Assembly (NCBI GenBank): GCA_965199755.1
Contig: CBDASZ010000001.1
Coordinates: 320,001-384,000, forward strand
Source of the DNA: an uncultured candidatus Porisulfidus sp.
GTDB lineage: Bacteria; Pseudomonadota; Gammaproteobacteria; Poriferisulfidales; Poriferisulfidaceae
Direction: 5' to 3'
Length of the DNA stretch: 64,000 nt
This document shows, piece after piece, positions 42,423 through 51,359 of this stretch. The translations under genes were made by a program, and so were the position numbers. The notes beneath the pieces are model-generated. The model saw only the letters and a list, made by a program, of their open reading frames with translations. It was not told where the DNA came from and did not search any database. Each line of letters opens with the position of its first letter. The stretch's first letter is position 1.

Positions 42423-42631
42423 TGTGTTCTCAAATCTCACCCTCAATATGGTCAGACTCTAAAGCAGACATTTTGAAGGCAAGGGCAGAGGCATTTTCAG
42501 TACTACGGGAACACTCTATGGAAGAAGTTCGCGATTTAGTTGAAGAAAAACTGGCTTTAATAAGACGCGACATCCATAAGATTCGGGAACAAGAAGCCAA
42601 AGAGCATGAAGGCGAACAACGCTTCGAATAA
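42422..42631 (+). CDS. Small hypothetical protein or gene remnant
   Basis: Short charged helical ORF in low-GC DNA; start uncertain. Confidence 0.3.
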   Translation: MCSQISPSIWSDSKADILKARAEAFSVLREHSMEEVRDLVEEKLALIRRDIHKIREQEAKEHEGEQRFE

Positions 42632-42645
42632 GTTCGGGGGTACAC

Positions 42646-42969
42646 ATGGCCAATCAGTTCGTGACATTAACGGAACGTGCGGCGGAGCAGATCCGTCCGC
42701 AGCTACCGGAAGGCGAGGAAGGAGTCGCTTTGCGCTTGGCGGTGCGCAAACTCGAAGACGGCAGTTTCCACTACGCAATGGGATTTGATGTGGCCAATCG
42801 TGAGGGGGACCAGACTTTCATGGCGCACAAGATACCGTTGGTGGTCGGCGCGGACTCTCTGGCGCTGGTGCGAGGGATGACCGTGGAGTATGCGGAGCTG
42901 AAACCTGGCGAGCATCGGTTTATTTTCCTCAACCCCAACGATCCGAACTATGTTCCGCCCGAAGACTGA
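42646..42969 (+). CDS. dsrR: DsrR-like IscA/HesB-fold protein lacking cysteines
   Basis: LTERAAEQI..LRLA...DGSFHYAMGFD...FIFLNPNDPNYVPP resembles Allochromatium DsrR; none of the IscA Cys ligands. Confidence 0.75.
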   Translation: MANQFVTLTERAAEQIRPQLPEGEEGVALRLAVRKLEDGSFHYAMGFDVANREGDQTFMAHKIPLVVGADSLALVRGMTVEYAELKPGEHRFIFLNPNDPNYVPPED

Positions 42970-42987
42970 TCTCATTGAGACGGACTG

Positions 42988-43905
42988 ATGATGACAGGAC
43001 AGGTCGGGTCATTGCTGGGCGCGGCAGTCCTATTGCTGGTACTGGGGCTCGGTGCGTGGGCGTACAGATGTCGTCTTCGGCCTTATACGGCGATTCGACA
43101 TTGGGCGGACCGGATGCGCGGCGGGGATCTTTCCGCGCGGCTGGCTGTCCCGAGACGGGGCGGGTTCGCGGAACTGGCAAAAGACATTAATGTGCTGGCG
43201 GAAATGGTCCAGACCTTGTCGCGCACGACGGAAGAGCAGCTGCAGGAGTTCACCGACTACGCTGCGATGAAGGAACGCACCCGAATCTCCGGGGAGTTGC
43301 ATGATTCACTGGCGCAAACCTTGGCCAGCATCAAAATTCAGGTGCGAGTGTTGGACGAGACCTTGCATCAGGGCGACGAGGAGCGCGTATGGCAGGAGTT
43401 GGAGCAGGTCGAGAACAGTCTGGAAGAAGCGAACATTGAGTTGCGTGAATTAATTGCTCATTTCCGCGCACCGGTCGGGGAGGCCGGGCTGGTGCCGTCC
43501 GTTGAGCGGGCGGTGGAGCGGTTTCGTAGAGAGTGCCCTGGGGTGCGGGTGTTTTTGCAGAACCGGTGGGAGGAGTTGCATCTGCCGCTCGACCATGAAG
43601 TGGAGATCGTGCGCATCGTGCAGGAAGCGCTGGCTAACGTGCGCAAGCACTCTCACGCTAATACTGTGCGCATCATGATTGACGCGGATGCGGCTCGTGG
43701 ACAGGGGCGGGTGTTGGTCGAGGATGACGGAGTGGGTTTTGCGCATGCACCAGTGGAAGATGACACTGGAGCTCATGTTGGGCTGAATTTGTTGCGAGAC
43801 CGTGCCAGTCGTCTGGGCGGGAGCTTGCGGGTCGAGAGTGAACTTGGAGAAGGGGTGAGAATTGCGCTGGAATTTGAGACGATGGCGCAAGAGGTGGCAG
43901 CATGA
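42988..43905 (+). CDS. HisKA_3 sensor histidine kinase (single TM + HAMP)
   Basis: ERTRISGELHDSLAQTL, RIVQEALANVRKHS, VEDDGVGF, HVGL. Confidence 0.9.
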   Translation: MMTGQVGSLLGAAVLLLVLGLGAWAYRCRLRPYTAIRHWADRMRGGDLSARLAVPRRGGFAELAKDINVLAEMVQTLSRTTEEQLQEFTDYAAMKERTRISGELHDSLAQTLASIKIQVRVLDETLHQGDEERVWQELEQVENSLEEANIELRELIAHFRAPVGEAGLVPSVERAVERFRRECPGVRVFLQNRWEELHLPLDHEVEIVRIVQEALANVRKHSHANTVRIMIDADAARGQGRVLVEDDGVGFAHAPVEDDTGAHVGLNLLRDRASRLGGSLRVESELGEGVRIALEFETMAQEVAA

Positions 43906-44600
43906 GCGTTCTGAAAGTCACCGTGATTGATGATCACACGCTGTTTAGGGAAGGCTTGCAGGGTTTGCTGGAGCGTCATGGTCTCAAGGTACTGGACTCG
44001 GTGGGTGATTCGGAGTCCGGGTACGCAGCGGTGCAGGCACGGCAACCGGATGTGGTGCTTTTGGATTTGCGATTGCCGCAGACTGATGGTCTGGAGATAT
44101 TGCGTACGATGAAGGCGGACAAGGAGTGTCCGCCGATTGTGATGCTGACTACCAGTGATCATGAACAGGATCTGGTGGAGGCCTTGCGCGCGGGCGCAAG
44201 TGGCTACCTGCTGAAGGATATGGAACCAGATGATTTGGTGGCCGCGCTGCGCGCCATTGTGTCAGGAGAGACTGTGGTGGCACCGAGTTTGGCACCGGCG
44301 CTGGCGCGGGTGGTGCAGGGACACGAGCCAGCACCCGCACCGAAAGACGAAGAAGGGCTGTTTGATGCGCTGACTCCGCGCGAGCGGGAGATATTGATTC
44401 TGTTAGCGGAAGGATTGAGCAACCGTGGGATTGGCAATAGTTTGGGAATTTCCGAAGGGACGGTGAAAGCCCATGTCAAGGCGATCTTGCGCAAACTTGA
44501 TGTGGCGTCGCGCGTGGTGGCGGCCGTGCTCGCGGTTGAGCACGGACTGGCCGCACCGAAAGCGATTGGTGAGATGCAGGTAGGGCGGGATAATTTTTAG
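43902..44600 (+). CDS. NarL/LuxR-family response regulator
   Basis: IDDHTLFREG, DVVLLD, GYLLKD, LTPREREIL..GLSN..I...L.ISEGTVKAHV. Confidence 0.93.
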   Translation: MSVLKVTVIDDHTLFREGLQGLLERHGLKVLDSVGDSESGYAAVQARQPDVVLLDLRLPQTDGLEILRTMKADKECPPIVMLTTSDHEQDLVEALRAGASGYLLKDMEPDDLVAALRAIVSGETVVAPSLAPALARVVQGHEPAPAPKDEEGLFDALTPREREILILLAEGLSNRGIGNSLGISEGTVKAHVKAILRKLDVASRVVAAVLAVEHGLAAPKAIGEMQVGRDNF

Positions 44601-44634
44601 GTGTTGGGTGTAGCCGCTAGAGCTTGAATCTGGT

Positions 44635-45141
44635 TTGGGTTTTAGAGTTGTTATGAAACTTGTTTTTTGGTTATTGACCGGACAAAGCTTTTCGAGACCA
44701 CATCTTGCTGCAGCTTGTGCCAACGCATTACGATCAGGTCGGGCCATGACTGACCAAAACAAAACCACGCAGCTGATTGTGCAACTCACTATAGACATCT
44801 GGGAAGAGATAACCATGCCCCCGGCTGGGTAGGCTTTGCTGCTTTCTGGGTCCACTGGAGTTTGTGATCCACCTACGATTGCTCCACTTTCTGATACGAA
44901 CAAGCTCAAGATTGATGTCGTTGACAAGCGGAAGGAACTTGATTCTTTTGATCCAGAAGGAGGTTTCCGAAAAATTGGTGTCACTGCACGCTCATGGGAA
45001 CAGAGAGACAAGTCACCTCCTTCTCAAACTTCGAGAGACATGTTGAGAGATATGATTAAAAACAAAACTACAAGTTCAGTTCCTGCTTCAGATGTTTCCC
45101 TTCTAGCGCTAGACAAGCCGATAAAAGACAGTAGAGAATAA
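44635..45141 (+). pseudogene. Possible degraded low-GC gene with a single in-frame TAG
   Basis: ORFs 44635-44832 and 44836-45141 share one frame, separated by TAG at 44830-44832; no recognised motif. Confidence 0.3.
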
Positions 45142-45251
45142 GTCTGCAACAAAGAGGCTTTGGCCTATTGCCCGCTACCAATCACATGTCTCTAGGTGGT
45201 ACACAGACCGTAGGTGTGCCAGTGGGAGTTAGGGTCTTCACCCGCAAATAA

Positions 45252-45285
45252 AAGTCATAAATTTGTAACTCTCGCTCTATACGAT
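45252..45285 (+). promoter_or_regulatory. Pho box (PhoB site) with -10 element
   Basis: AAGTCAT-AAAT-TTGTAAC, then exactly 10 bp, then TACGAT; upstream of a phosphate porin. Confidence 0.8.
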
Positions 45286-45350
45286 GCGTCACCAGCACCT
45301 GCTTGCAGGTCTGGTCTATCTTAAATTTGCACACTCACGAGGGTTTATCC

Positions 45351-46898
45351 ATGAGTAGCTACTCACGCCACGTTGCTGCGTCAGTTGTTTTTTTCTTCGC
45401 GCTTTCGCCCCCAGCCATCGGACTTGCCTTCGCGGATGAGCTCGAACAGTTAAAGCGTGAAAACGTACAGATGAAGGAGATGCTCATGCAGATGCAGGAG
45501 CAGCTTCAGAGCGTTATCGCCAAGACCAATGCAATGGAAAGTCAGGTTGAGGCTAATAAGGAAGACATCACGATTAAGACCACAGGTGGTGGGATTCAGG
45601 TGAAATCCAGCAACGGCGACACGTTTAAGGTTGGCGGTCGATTGATGCTCGATCATGACTCCTATGATTCATTCTGGAACGGAGGCGATGGTTCTGCGGA
45701 GGAGAACGAAATTCGCCGTTCACGGATCACCTTCAGCGGCAATTCAGGCAAGAACTGGGCGTACAAGTTAACCGTTGATATTGACCACGAAGACGAAAAC
45801 GCTTCCATAGATACGGGTTGGTTGCAATATTCCGAGGGCGGTGTTGGCGTAAAAGTGGGTAAGTTCGGGCGTCCCGGCATGATCGAGGAGCGCACCAGTT
45901 CCAAGTGGATTTCCACGATTGAACGTTCCATCATCAATGAATTGGCTGGCGCGACCATCAGCAAACCCAATTTTGGCGGTGTGGCACTGAGCTATAAGAC
46001 CGAGGGTGATCTGCCGATGAGTGCCGAGTTCGGTGTGTATGACGACGAGATCGACGAGGACGATGGTTCAGATATCTACGGGATTGGTTACCGCTTGGCC
46101 ATCTCGCCGGAATTTGGCGACAACTCCTTCGCACATTTGGGTGCTTCCGGGTATTCTGTAGATTACAAGGGTCAGGATCTGCGCATGCGCTCACGTATGG
46201 GTGTTCACACCGCAGGCCGTCCGTTCGAGACCCGGAAAATGGCGACGGATGATATTACGCAGGTGGGTGTTGAACTGGCGTATGTTCGCGGACCTTTCTC
46301 GCTGCAGGCTGAATACATGAATGTGGAGTCAGACGGGACCGATAACGGAGCATGCGTGCCCCCTGAGGTGGCGATCAAACGCAATGACGGTGGGTCGGCA
46401 GTCCGAGATGATGATGGCAAAGTCCAGTTGGATTCATCAGCCAGCAATACCTGTGATATGGAGATGGATGGTTTCTACTTGCAGGCTGCTTATACGCTGA
46501 CTGGAGAGACCCGTGGCTACAAAGCCGGTTCAGGTGCCTTCGCCGCGATCAAGCCGAAAAGCGCAAGCGGTGCTTGGGAGTTGGTCGCGCGTTATGAAGA
46601 TGCGGAAGTCGACGTTGATGCACAAGGTTTGAATTCTGAGTTGAACCGCATGGTGCTGGGCCTCAACTGGTACGCCAACAAGAACCTCAAGTTCATGTTG
46701 AACTATGTCGATTCGGAAATAGATGGCTGCTATGGCAATATGTGGATGGTCGACAGGGATGTGTCATTTGAGAGTGTTCCCTCGGACAATGTAGACCACG
46801 CCAGCGGTGATGGTATGTTCGTGCATAAAGCTTGTGGAAATGGCATGGATAAAGATGACGGCAATGCCATTTCACTGCGAGCCCAGTACGTGTTCTGA
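45351..46898 (+). CDS. Phosphate-selective porin OprO/OprP family
   Basis: Signal peptide and coiled coil, GGRLMLD, EIRRSR, EERTSSKWISTIERS, FYLQAAYTLTGETRGY, GAWELVARY, GLNWY, terminal QYVF. Confidence 0.92.
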   Translation: MSSYSRHVAASVVFFFALSPPAIGLAFADELEQLKRENVQMKEMLMQMQEQLQSVIAKTNAMESQVEANKEDITIKTTGGGIQVKSSNGDTFKVGGRLMLDHDSYDSFWNGGDGSAEENEIRRSRITFSGNSGKNWAYKLTVDIDHEDENASIDTGWLQYSEGGVGVKVGKFGRPGMIEERTSSKWISTIERSIINELAGATISKPNFGGVALSYKTEGDLPMSAEFGVYDDEIDEDDGSDIYGIGYRLAISPEFGDNSFAHLGASGYSVDYKGQDLRMRSRMGVHTAGRPFETRKMATDDITQVGVELAYVRGPFSLQAEYMNVESDGTDNGACVPPEVAIKRNDGGSAVRDDDGKVQLDSSASNTCDMEMDGFYLQAAYTLTGETRGYKAGSGAFAAIKPKSASGAWELVARYEDAEVDVDAQGLNSELNRMVLGLNWYANKNLKFMLNYVDSEIDGCYGNMWMVDRDVSFESVPSDNVDHASGDGMFVHKACGNGMDKDDGNAISLRAQYVF

Positions 46899-47073
46899 CC
46901 CCGACAAGAAACAATCAGGCGTGTTCGCAATGTCTGAGGGCCAACTACAGAAACCCACTGCTTAGGGAAACTGAGTGCGGATTTTTATCGCATTTCCCTT
47001 CAATATGTTAAACTCCAAGTCCATGATTCTTGCCGAATTCCCATCTGTTGCGGATTCGGGCCGGAGCGATCCG

Positions 47074-48156
47074 ATGCCATTTCCTCTCTGGTCGATGCGA
47101 CCGATCTCCCTTTACCGACTGCGTTGCCTGTCTCTGGCGATGCTGTGCGCCTTGTTCGGGACTGCTCCTGTGCATGCGCTGTCAGACGGGGAAGTCGACA
47201 GTCTGCTCGATGAGGGAGAGAGAATGCAGGCGCTGATGGTGCGCATGCAAACACAACTGGGACAACCCGCCTTGGCGGGTGCTCTCAGGCCCACAAATTC
47301 CGCACGTCGCACCAGAATACAGAGTCTCTCGCCATGGGCACCCATGTCCGCCATGCTGGAAAGCTCGCTGCGCGAGCGCTGGTTCCAGTCGATTGAGCGT
47401 GGCGTGTTAGGTGTGTTCTCTCAAGTGCCGAGTGCTTGGGAAAACGAAGGCCAAACCACCGTACCGGTGGGTTTCGTCAGAGGTGAAGAGTCGCCCTGGT
47501 ACGGAGCCTTGCAGGTGCACAGCCCCACCTCAGGGTCTGGGGTGGCTTCCGCTTCCGGGATCGCCGGGGTTCGGGCCAGACTGGCAGTAGCACCGACGTT
47601 TGAAGACGGCAGTTTCCTGCATTTCGGCGTCTCCTTCCATTCGATGGACACCACGATGCGACGCCCGGAACTGGCTATCCAGGACCCGGAGCACACAGGC
47701 GTGAAGAACTTCAGCCGCGCCCTTGGCGTTGACCTCGGATACGTGCAGGGAGATTACGCGGTGCAAGCGCAGTATCTCACCTCAACCGGACGCGACCCGG
47801 AACAGCTGTACTGGGGCTCATCCTCCGATCGCAAACGCTCGCGTGACGGGTTTTACATCAGCGGTGCCTGGAGACTGAGTGGTGAACAGACACCGGATCG
47901 TTATGCGCCCGGCCTGCTGACGCACCTGCAGCCACGCGACGAGGAAGGTGTCTGGGATGTCGTGGTGCGTTATGCCAATCTCGGCGAATCTCCCAGCGAC
48001 TCAAGACGCAACCCTTCGGGTTCCATGGCTCTGGGTGTGCACTGGCGCGCCAATCCGACCTTCGCACTGGAGTTGGATTTTGTAGAGGGAAGTGGCGAGA
48101 GTCTGGACTTGCCGTTTGGCAGCGATCTGAGCCTGCGCGGCGTTTTCTCCTTCTGA
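47074..48156 (+). CDS. Degenerate, shortened OprO/P-like porin paralog
   Basis: LESSLRERWFQSIERG, RLAVAPTF..FLHFG, GFYISGAWRLSGE, GVWDVVVRY, GVHW, terminal FSF; start uncertain. Confidence 0.65.
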   Translation: MPFPLWSMRPISLYRLRCLSLAMLCALFGTAPVHALSDGEVDSLLDEGERMQALMVRMQTQLGQPALAGALRPTNSARRTRIQSLSPWAPMSAMLESSLRERWFQSIERGVLGVFSQVPSAWENEGQTTVPVGFVRGEESPWYGALQVHSPTSGSGVASASGIAGVRARLAVAPTFEDGSFLHFGVSFHSMDTTMRRPELAIQDPEHTGVKNFSRALGVDLGYVQGDYAVQAQYLTSTGRDPEQLYWGSSSDRKRSRDGFYISGAWRLSGEQTPDRYAPGLLTHLQPRDEEGVWDVVVRYANLGESPSDSRRNPSGSMALGVHWRANPTFALELDFVEGSGESLDLPFGSDLSLRGVFSF

Positions 48157-48295
48157 TCTAATGCTTGTTGTGCTTGAGTGCAAACGGGAACGTTTGCTCT
48201 CCTTGCTGTGCTTGGTGTTTGCTGGGCAGGCTTCCGGTGCGAAGGCAACGTACAGGCAGGAACCGTCAGTTTCGTAAGTGTGATGATGAAATGAT

Positions 48296-48410
48296 CCCCG
48301 GCTGACAGGAGGACAAAATTATCAGCCGGGGCTCAAAAGGGGCCGACATCCGTGTCAGCCATAAAGCCGGTTCATCCTGTCCGGCCGCTAACCTCACTGG
48401 GAGGAGTGAG
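48296..48410 (-). ncRNA. Candidate structured RNA (four hairpins) downstream of a small ORF
   Basis: CUCACU-CCUCCC-AGUGAG; GCCGG-ACAGGAUGAA-CCGGC; GGCUGACA-CGGA-UGUCGGCC; CCCCGGCUGA-(..UCCUCCUG)-UCAGCCGGGG. Confidence 0.55.
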
Positions 48411-48414
48411 TTTT

Positions 48415-48492
48415 TTAGTCGAGGTAGCCCCGCCGTGCCACGGCGTAGACCATTGCCCAGACAATTACTGCAAGTGCGATTTCAATTCCCAT
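48415..48492 (-). CDS. 25-aa single-helix membrane peptide MGIEIALAVIVWAMVYAVARRGYLD
   Basis: ATG with GAGGT RBS 7 nt upstream; hydrophobic core followed by RR; not in the ORF track because of its size. Confidence 0.65.
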   Translation of the reverse strand: MGIEIALAVIVWAMVYAVARRGYLD

Positions 48493-48547
48493 GTTTTAGA
48501 CCTCTTTGGTTGTTGGAAAGTTCCTTATCAGAACTTGTATGAATACT

Positions 48548-48575
48548 AATATAAGGAAATTTTTATATAAGTCAA
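48548..48575 (-). promoter_or_regulatory. Sigma70-like promoter for the small peptide/RNA
   Basis: TTGACT-16 bp-TATATT on the minus strand in an AT-rich patch. Confidence 0.6.
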
Positions 48576-48709
48576 GTCCCGCATGTGTCATAAAAACAAC
48601 ACAGGCCCGTCTGCTATTTGGAAAGTTTCGGAATCTTGGGCCGGAAACAAGACTGGTTCGCGGTCTTATGCCTTATCTCATGCCTATTCTGTGTGAGGCA
48701 TGACTTACT

Positions 48710-49333
48710 TCACTGTCGTCCTTCCAAATCCCTCAAATGCGGCGCGAGATAGACAAGTTGCGCTGCCAAAAACACCACTGGCAGCCCAAGCGCCAGCCCG
48801 TACAGTTTGAACTGCACCCAGAAATCCTCAGGGAACTCATAAGCGACATACAGATTGAGTGCGCCGCCCAGCACAAAAAACCCCATCCAGATCACATTCA
48901 GGTTCCGCCACAGCCGCGCGTCTTCAAGCGGCAGACTGCGCGACAGCATGCGCTCCACCAGGGTTTTCGCTCCGATCCAGTGCGAAGCCATAAATCCAAG
49001 CGCCAGTGCCCAGTAGAATACGGTCGGCTTCCACTTGATGAACAGAGGATCCTTTAGCAACAGTGTGAGTCCGCCTGCGACCCAGACCACCAGCAACGCC
49101 GCCAGGTGCGTAGTGTTCAGATGGCCAATCCCCTTTAGAATGACACATTGCACCAGCATGGCCAGCATCAGGACCGCCGTCGCGAAATAAATGCGATCAA
49201 CAGCCGCACCTGCGGTGAGTTCAACTTGCGATAATTCGCTGAACGATTCCACCCAAAGTGGCGGCACGTCAGAATAGAAGAAGTAGGCCACCACAAACAG
49301 CGCGACCGGGATGACTTCGAGGAACAGCTTCAT
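48710..49333 (-). CDS. yciB: Inner membrane septation protein YciB/IspZ
   Basis: IYFATAVL, GGLTLLLKDPLFIKWKPT, LNLYVAY..WVQFKL. Confidence 0.92.
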   Translation of the reverse strand: MKLFLEVIPVALFVVAYFFYSDVPPLWVESFSELSQVELTAGAAVDRIYFATAVLMLAMLVQCVILKGIGHLNTTHLAALLVVWVAGGLTLLLKDPLFIKWKPTVFYWALALGFMASHWIGAKTLVERMLSRSLPLEDARLWRNLNVIWMGFFVLGGALNLYVAYEFPEDFWVQFKLYGLALGLPVVFLAAQLVYLAPHLRDLEGRQ

Positions 49334-49366
49334 GCGCCGGAATTATAGGGGACAGGACTCAGGATC

Positions 49367-49978
49367 ATGACGCGCCGACTGGAAATCCACCCCGAAAATC
49401 CCCAGCGTCGCCAGCTCCGCCAAGCTGCTGAGTTGTTGCATTCTGGCGGGTTGATTGTCTACCCGACCGATTCCTGTTACGCCTTCGGCTGCGCCGTCGG
49501 CGACAAGGCTTCCATGGAGGCGATCCGAAGACTACGCAGGGCAGGTCCAGGGCACAACTTCACGCTGGTCTGCCGGGACTTGTCAGAACTGTCCATATAC
49601 GCCCGTGTTGACAATACCGCGTATCGTTTGCTGAAAGCGTATACGCCAGGACCCTACACCTTCATTTTGGAGGCCACACGAGAAGTGCCGCGCCGATTAA
49701 TGGAGCCGAAGCGTCGCACCATCGGCCTGCGCATCCCGGACCATCGCGTTGTCCAGGCGTTACTGGAAGAATATGGCGCACCGCTGATGAGTTGCACTTT
49801 GATGCTGCCGGAACTGGAAGAGCCGCCAGTCGAGCCTTATGACTTGCAGGACCGACTGCGTGGTCGCGTGGCGATGATCATTGACAGCGGGTTTTGCCAC
49901 AATGTGCCGACCACCGTGTTGGACCTGACCGAATCCATACCGCAGGTGCGCCGAGAAGGAGGCGGGACGTACCCGTGA
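49367..49978 (+). CDS. yciO: YciO (Sua5/YrdC family) protein
   Basis: IHPENPQRR, YPTDSCYA, HNFTLVCRDLSEL, PGPYTFIL, KRRTIGLRIP. Confidence 0.92.
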   Translation: MTRRLEIHPENPQRRQLRQAAELLHSGGLIVYPTDSCYAFGCAVGDKASMEAIRRLRRAGPGHNFTLVCRDLSELSIYARVDNTAYRLLKAYTPGPYTFILEATREVPRRLMEPKRRTIGLRIPDHRVVQALLEEYGAPLMSCTLMLPELEEPPVEPYDLQDRLRGRVAMIIDSGFCHNVPTTVLDLTESIPQVRREGGGTYP

Positions 49979-50144
49979 TCACAGCGATCAATTCCGACCG
50001 CCCTTACTATATAATTTCTGCCGTGTTCGCACCTGCCTCTTTTGTCGGTCGGCACACGCCCCAAATCTGCCATGTCGACTCCGCAGCTACTTCTGATCCG
50101 GGCTGCTGCAATATGCTGTGCGCTACAGCCCAGTGCCTTCTGAC

Positions 50145-51359
50145 ATGAGTGGTGATCTCCCATCAAACTCGCGCGTGGTTTCCGGCATGCGCCCAACCGG
50201 GCGTTTGCACCTCGGCCACTACCACGGCGTCATCCAAAACTGGACCGAACTCCAACACCAGCACGAATGCTTTTTCTTCGTCGCTGACTGGCATGCGCTG
50301 ACCACCCACTACGAAGAGACGCAACCGATAAGCGAGCATGTGTTCGACATGGTGGTCGATTGGCTGGCGTGCGGCCTCAGTCCCGGCGCGTGCGTCCTGT
50401 TTGTGCAGTCACGGGTGCCAGAACACGCAGAATTGCATCTGCTGCTATCCATGATCACACCGCTGAGTTGGCTGGAACGCGTCCCCAGTTACAAGGACAC
50501 TCAGGAGCAAAGCGACCGGGATCTTTCGACCTACGGGTTTCTGGGCTACCCGCTGCTGCAGGCCGCCGATATTCTCATATACAAGGCGCGTGCTGTGCCG
50601 GTTGGTGAGGATCAACGCGCGCATATTGAGTTCACGCGCGAAGTCGCGCGACGCTTCAACCATCTGTATGGCAGTGAACCGGACTTTGCCAAGCATGCGG
50701 AGCGCGCATTGGAGCGCCTGAACAAAACCGAAGCACGTCTGTACCGCCAGTGGCGGCGAGAGTTTCAGGAGCAGGGCAATATCGAATCCCTCGGTGCGGC
50801 CAGAGAGTTGCTGCGCTCAATGCAAAATCTGCCCATCGGAGAACTGGAACGGTTGGATGGCTATCTGGAAGGGGAGTGCCGGGTGATTCTCCCGGAACCA
50901 CAGGAATATCTGACCAAAGCGGCGAAAGTGCCCGGACTCGACGGGCGCAAGATGTCCAAGTCCTACCAGAACACGATCGAGTTGCGTGAAGAGCCGGATA
51001 CCCTTAAGAGAAAACTCATGGGAATGATGACGGACCCGGCGCGTAAGCGCCGCACCGATCCCGGTGACCCGGAGAAATGCCCGGTCTGGGATCTGCACCA
51101 GATCTATTCCGACGAGGACACGCGCACATGGGTGCAGCAGGGTTGCCGCAGCGCTGACATCGGTTGTATTGATTGTAAGGGTCGGGTTCTGGAACGTCTG
51201 GTCGAGGAGCTGCGCCCGATCCGTGAAGACGCCCGGAAATATCTGTCGGACAAAGCCAGTGTCATGGACATGATTCACGAAGGCTGTGAAGCCGCCCGCG
51301 ATGCGGCGCGCGATACGCTCGAAGACGTCAGCGCGGCGATGAGGCTGATCGATGACTGA
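50145..51359 (+). CDS. trpS: Tryptophan-tRNA ligase
   Basis: SGMRPTGRLHLGH, YPLLQAADI, VPVGEDQ, KMSKS. Confidence 0.97.
   Translation: MSGDLPSNSRVVSGMRPTGRLHLGHYHGVIQNWTELQHQHECFFFVADWHALTTHYEETQPISEHVFDMVVDWLACGLSPGACVLFVQSRVPEHAELHLLLSMITPLSWLERVPSYKDTQEQSDRDLSTYGFLGYPLLQAADILIYKARAVPVGEDQRAHIEFTREVARRFNHLYGSEPDFAKHAERALERLNKTEARLYRQWRREFQEQGNIESLGAARELLRSMQNLPIGELERLDGYLEGECRVILPEPQEYLTKAAKVPGLDGRKMSKSYQNTIELREEPDTLKRKLMGMMTDPARKRRTDPGDPEKCPVWDLHQIYSDEDTRTWVQQGCRSADIGCIDCKGRVLERLVEELRPIREDARKYLSDKASVMDMIHEGCEAARDAARDTLEDVSAAMRLIDD

Noticed and set aside
50660-50890. Helical insertion in TrpRS
   Set aside because: A common feature of the roughly 400-aa proteobacterial TrpRS subtype, not novel.
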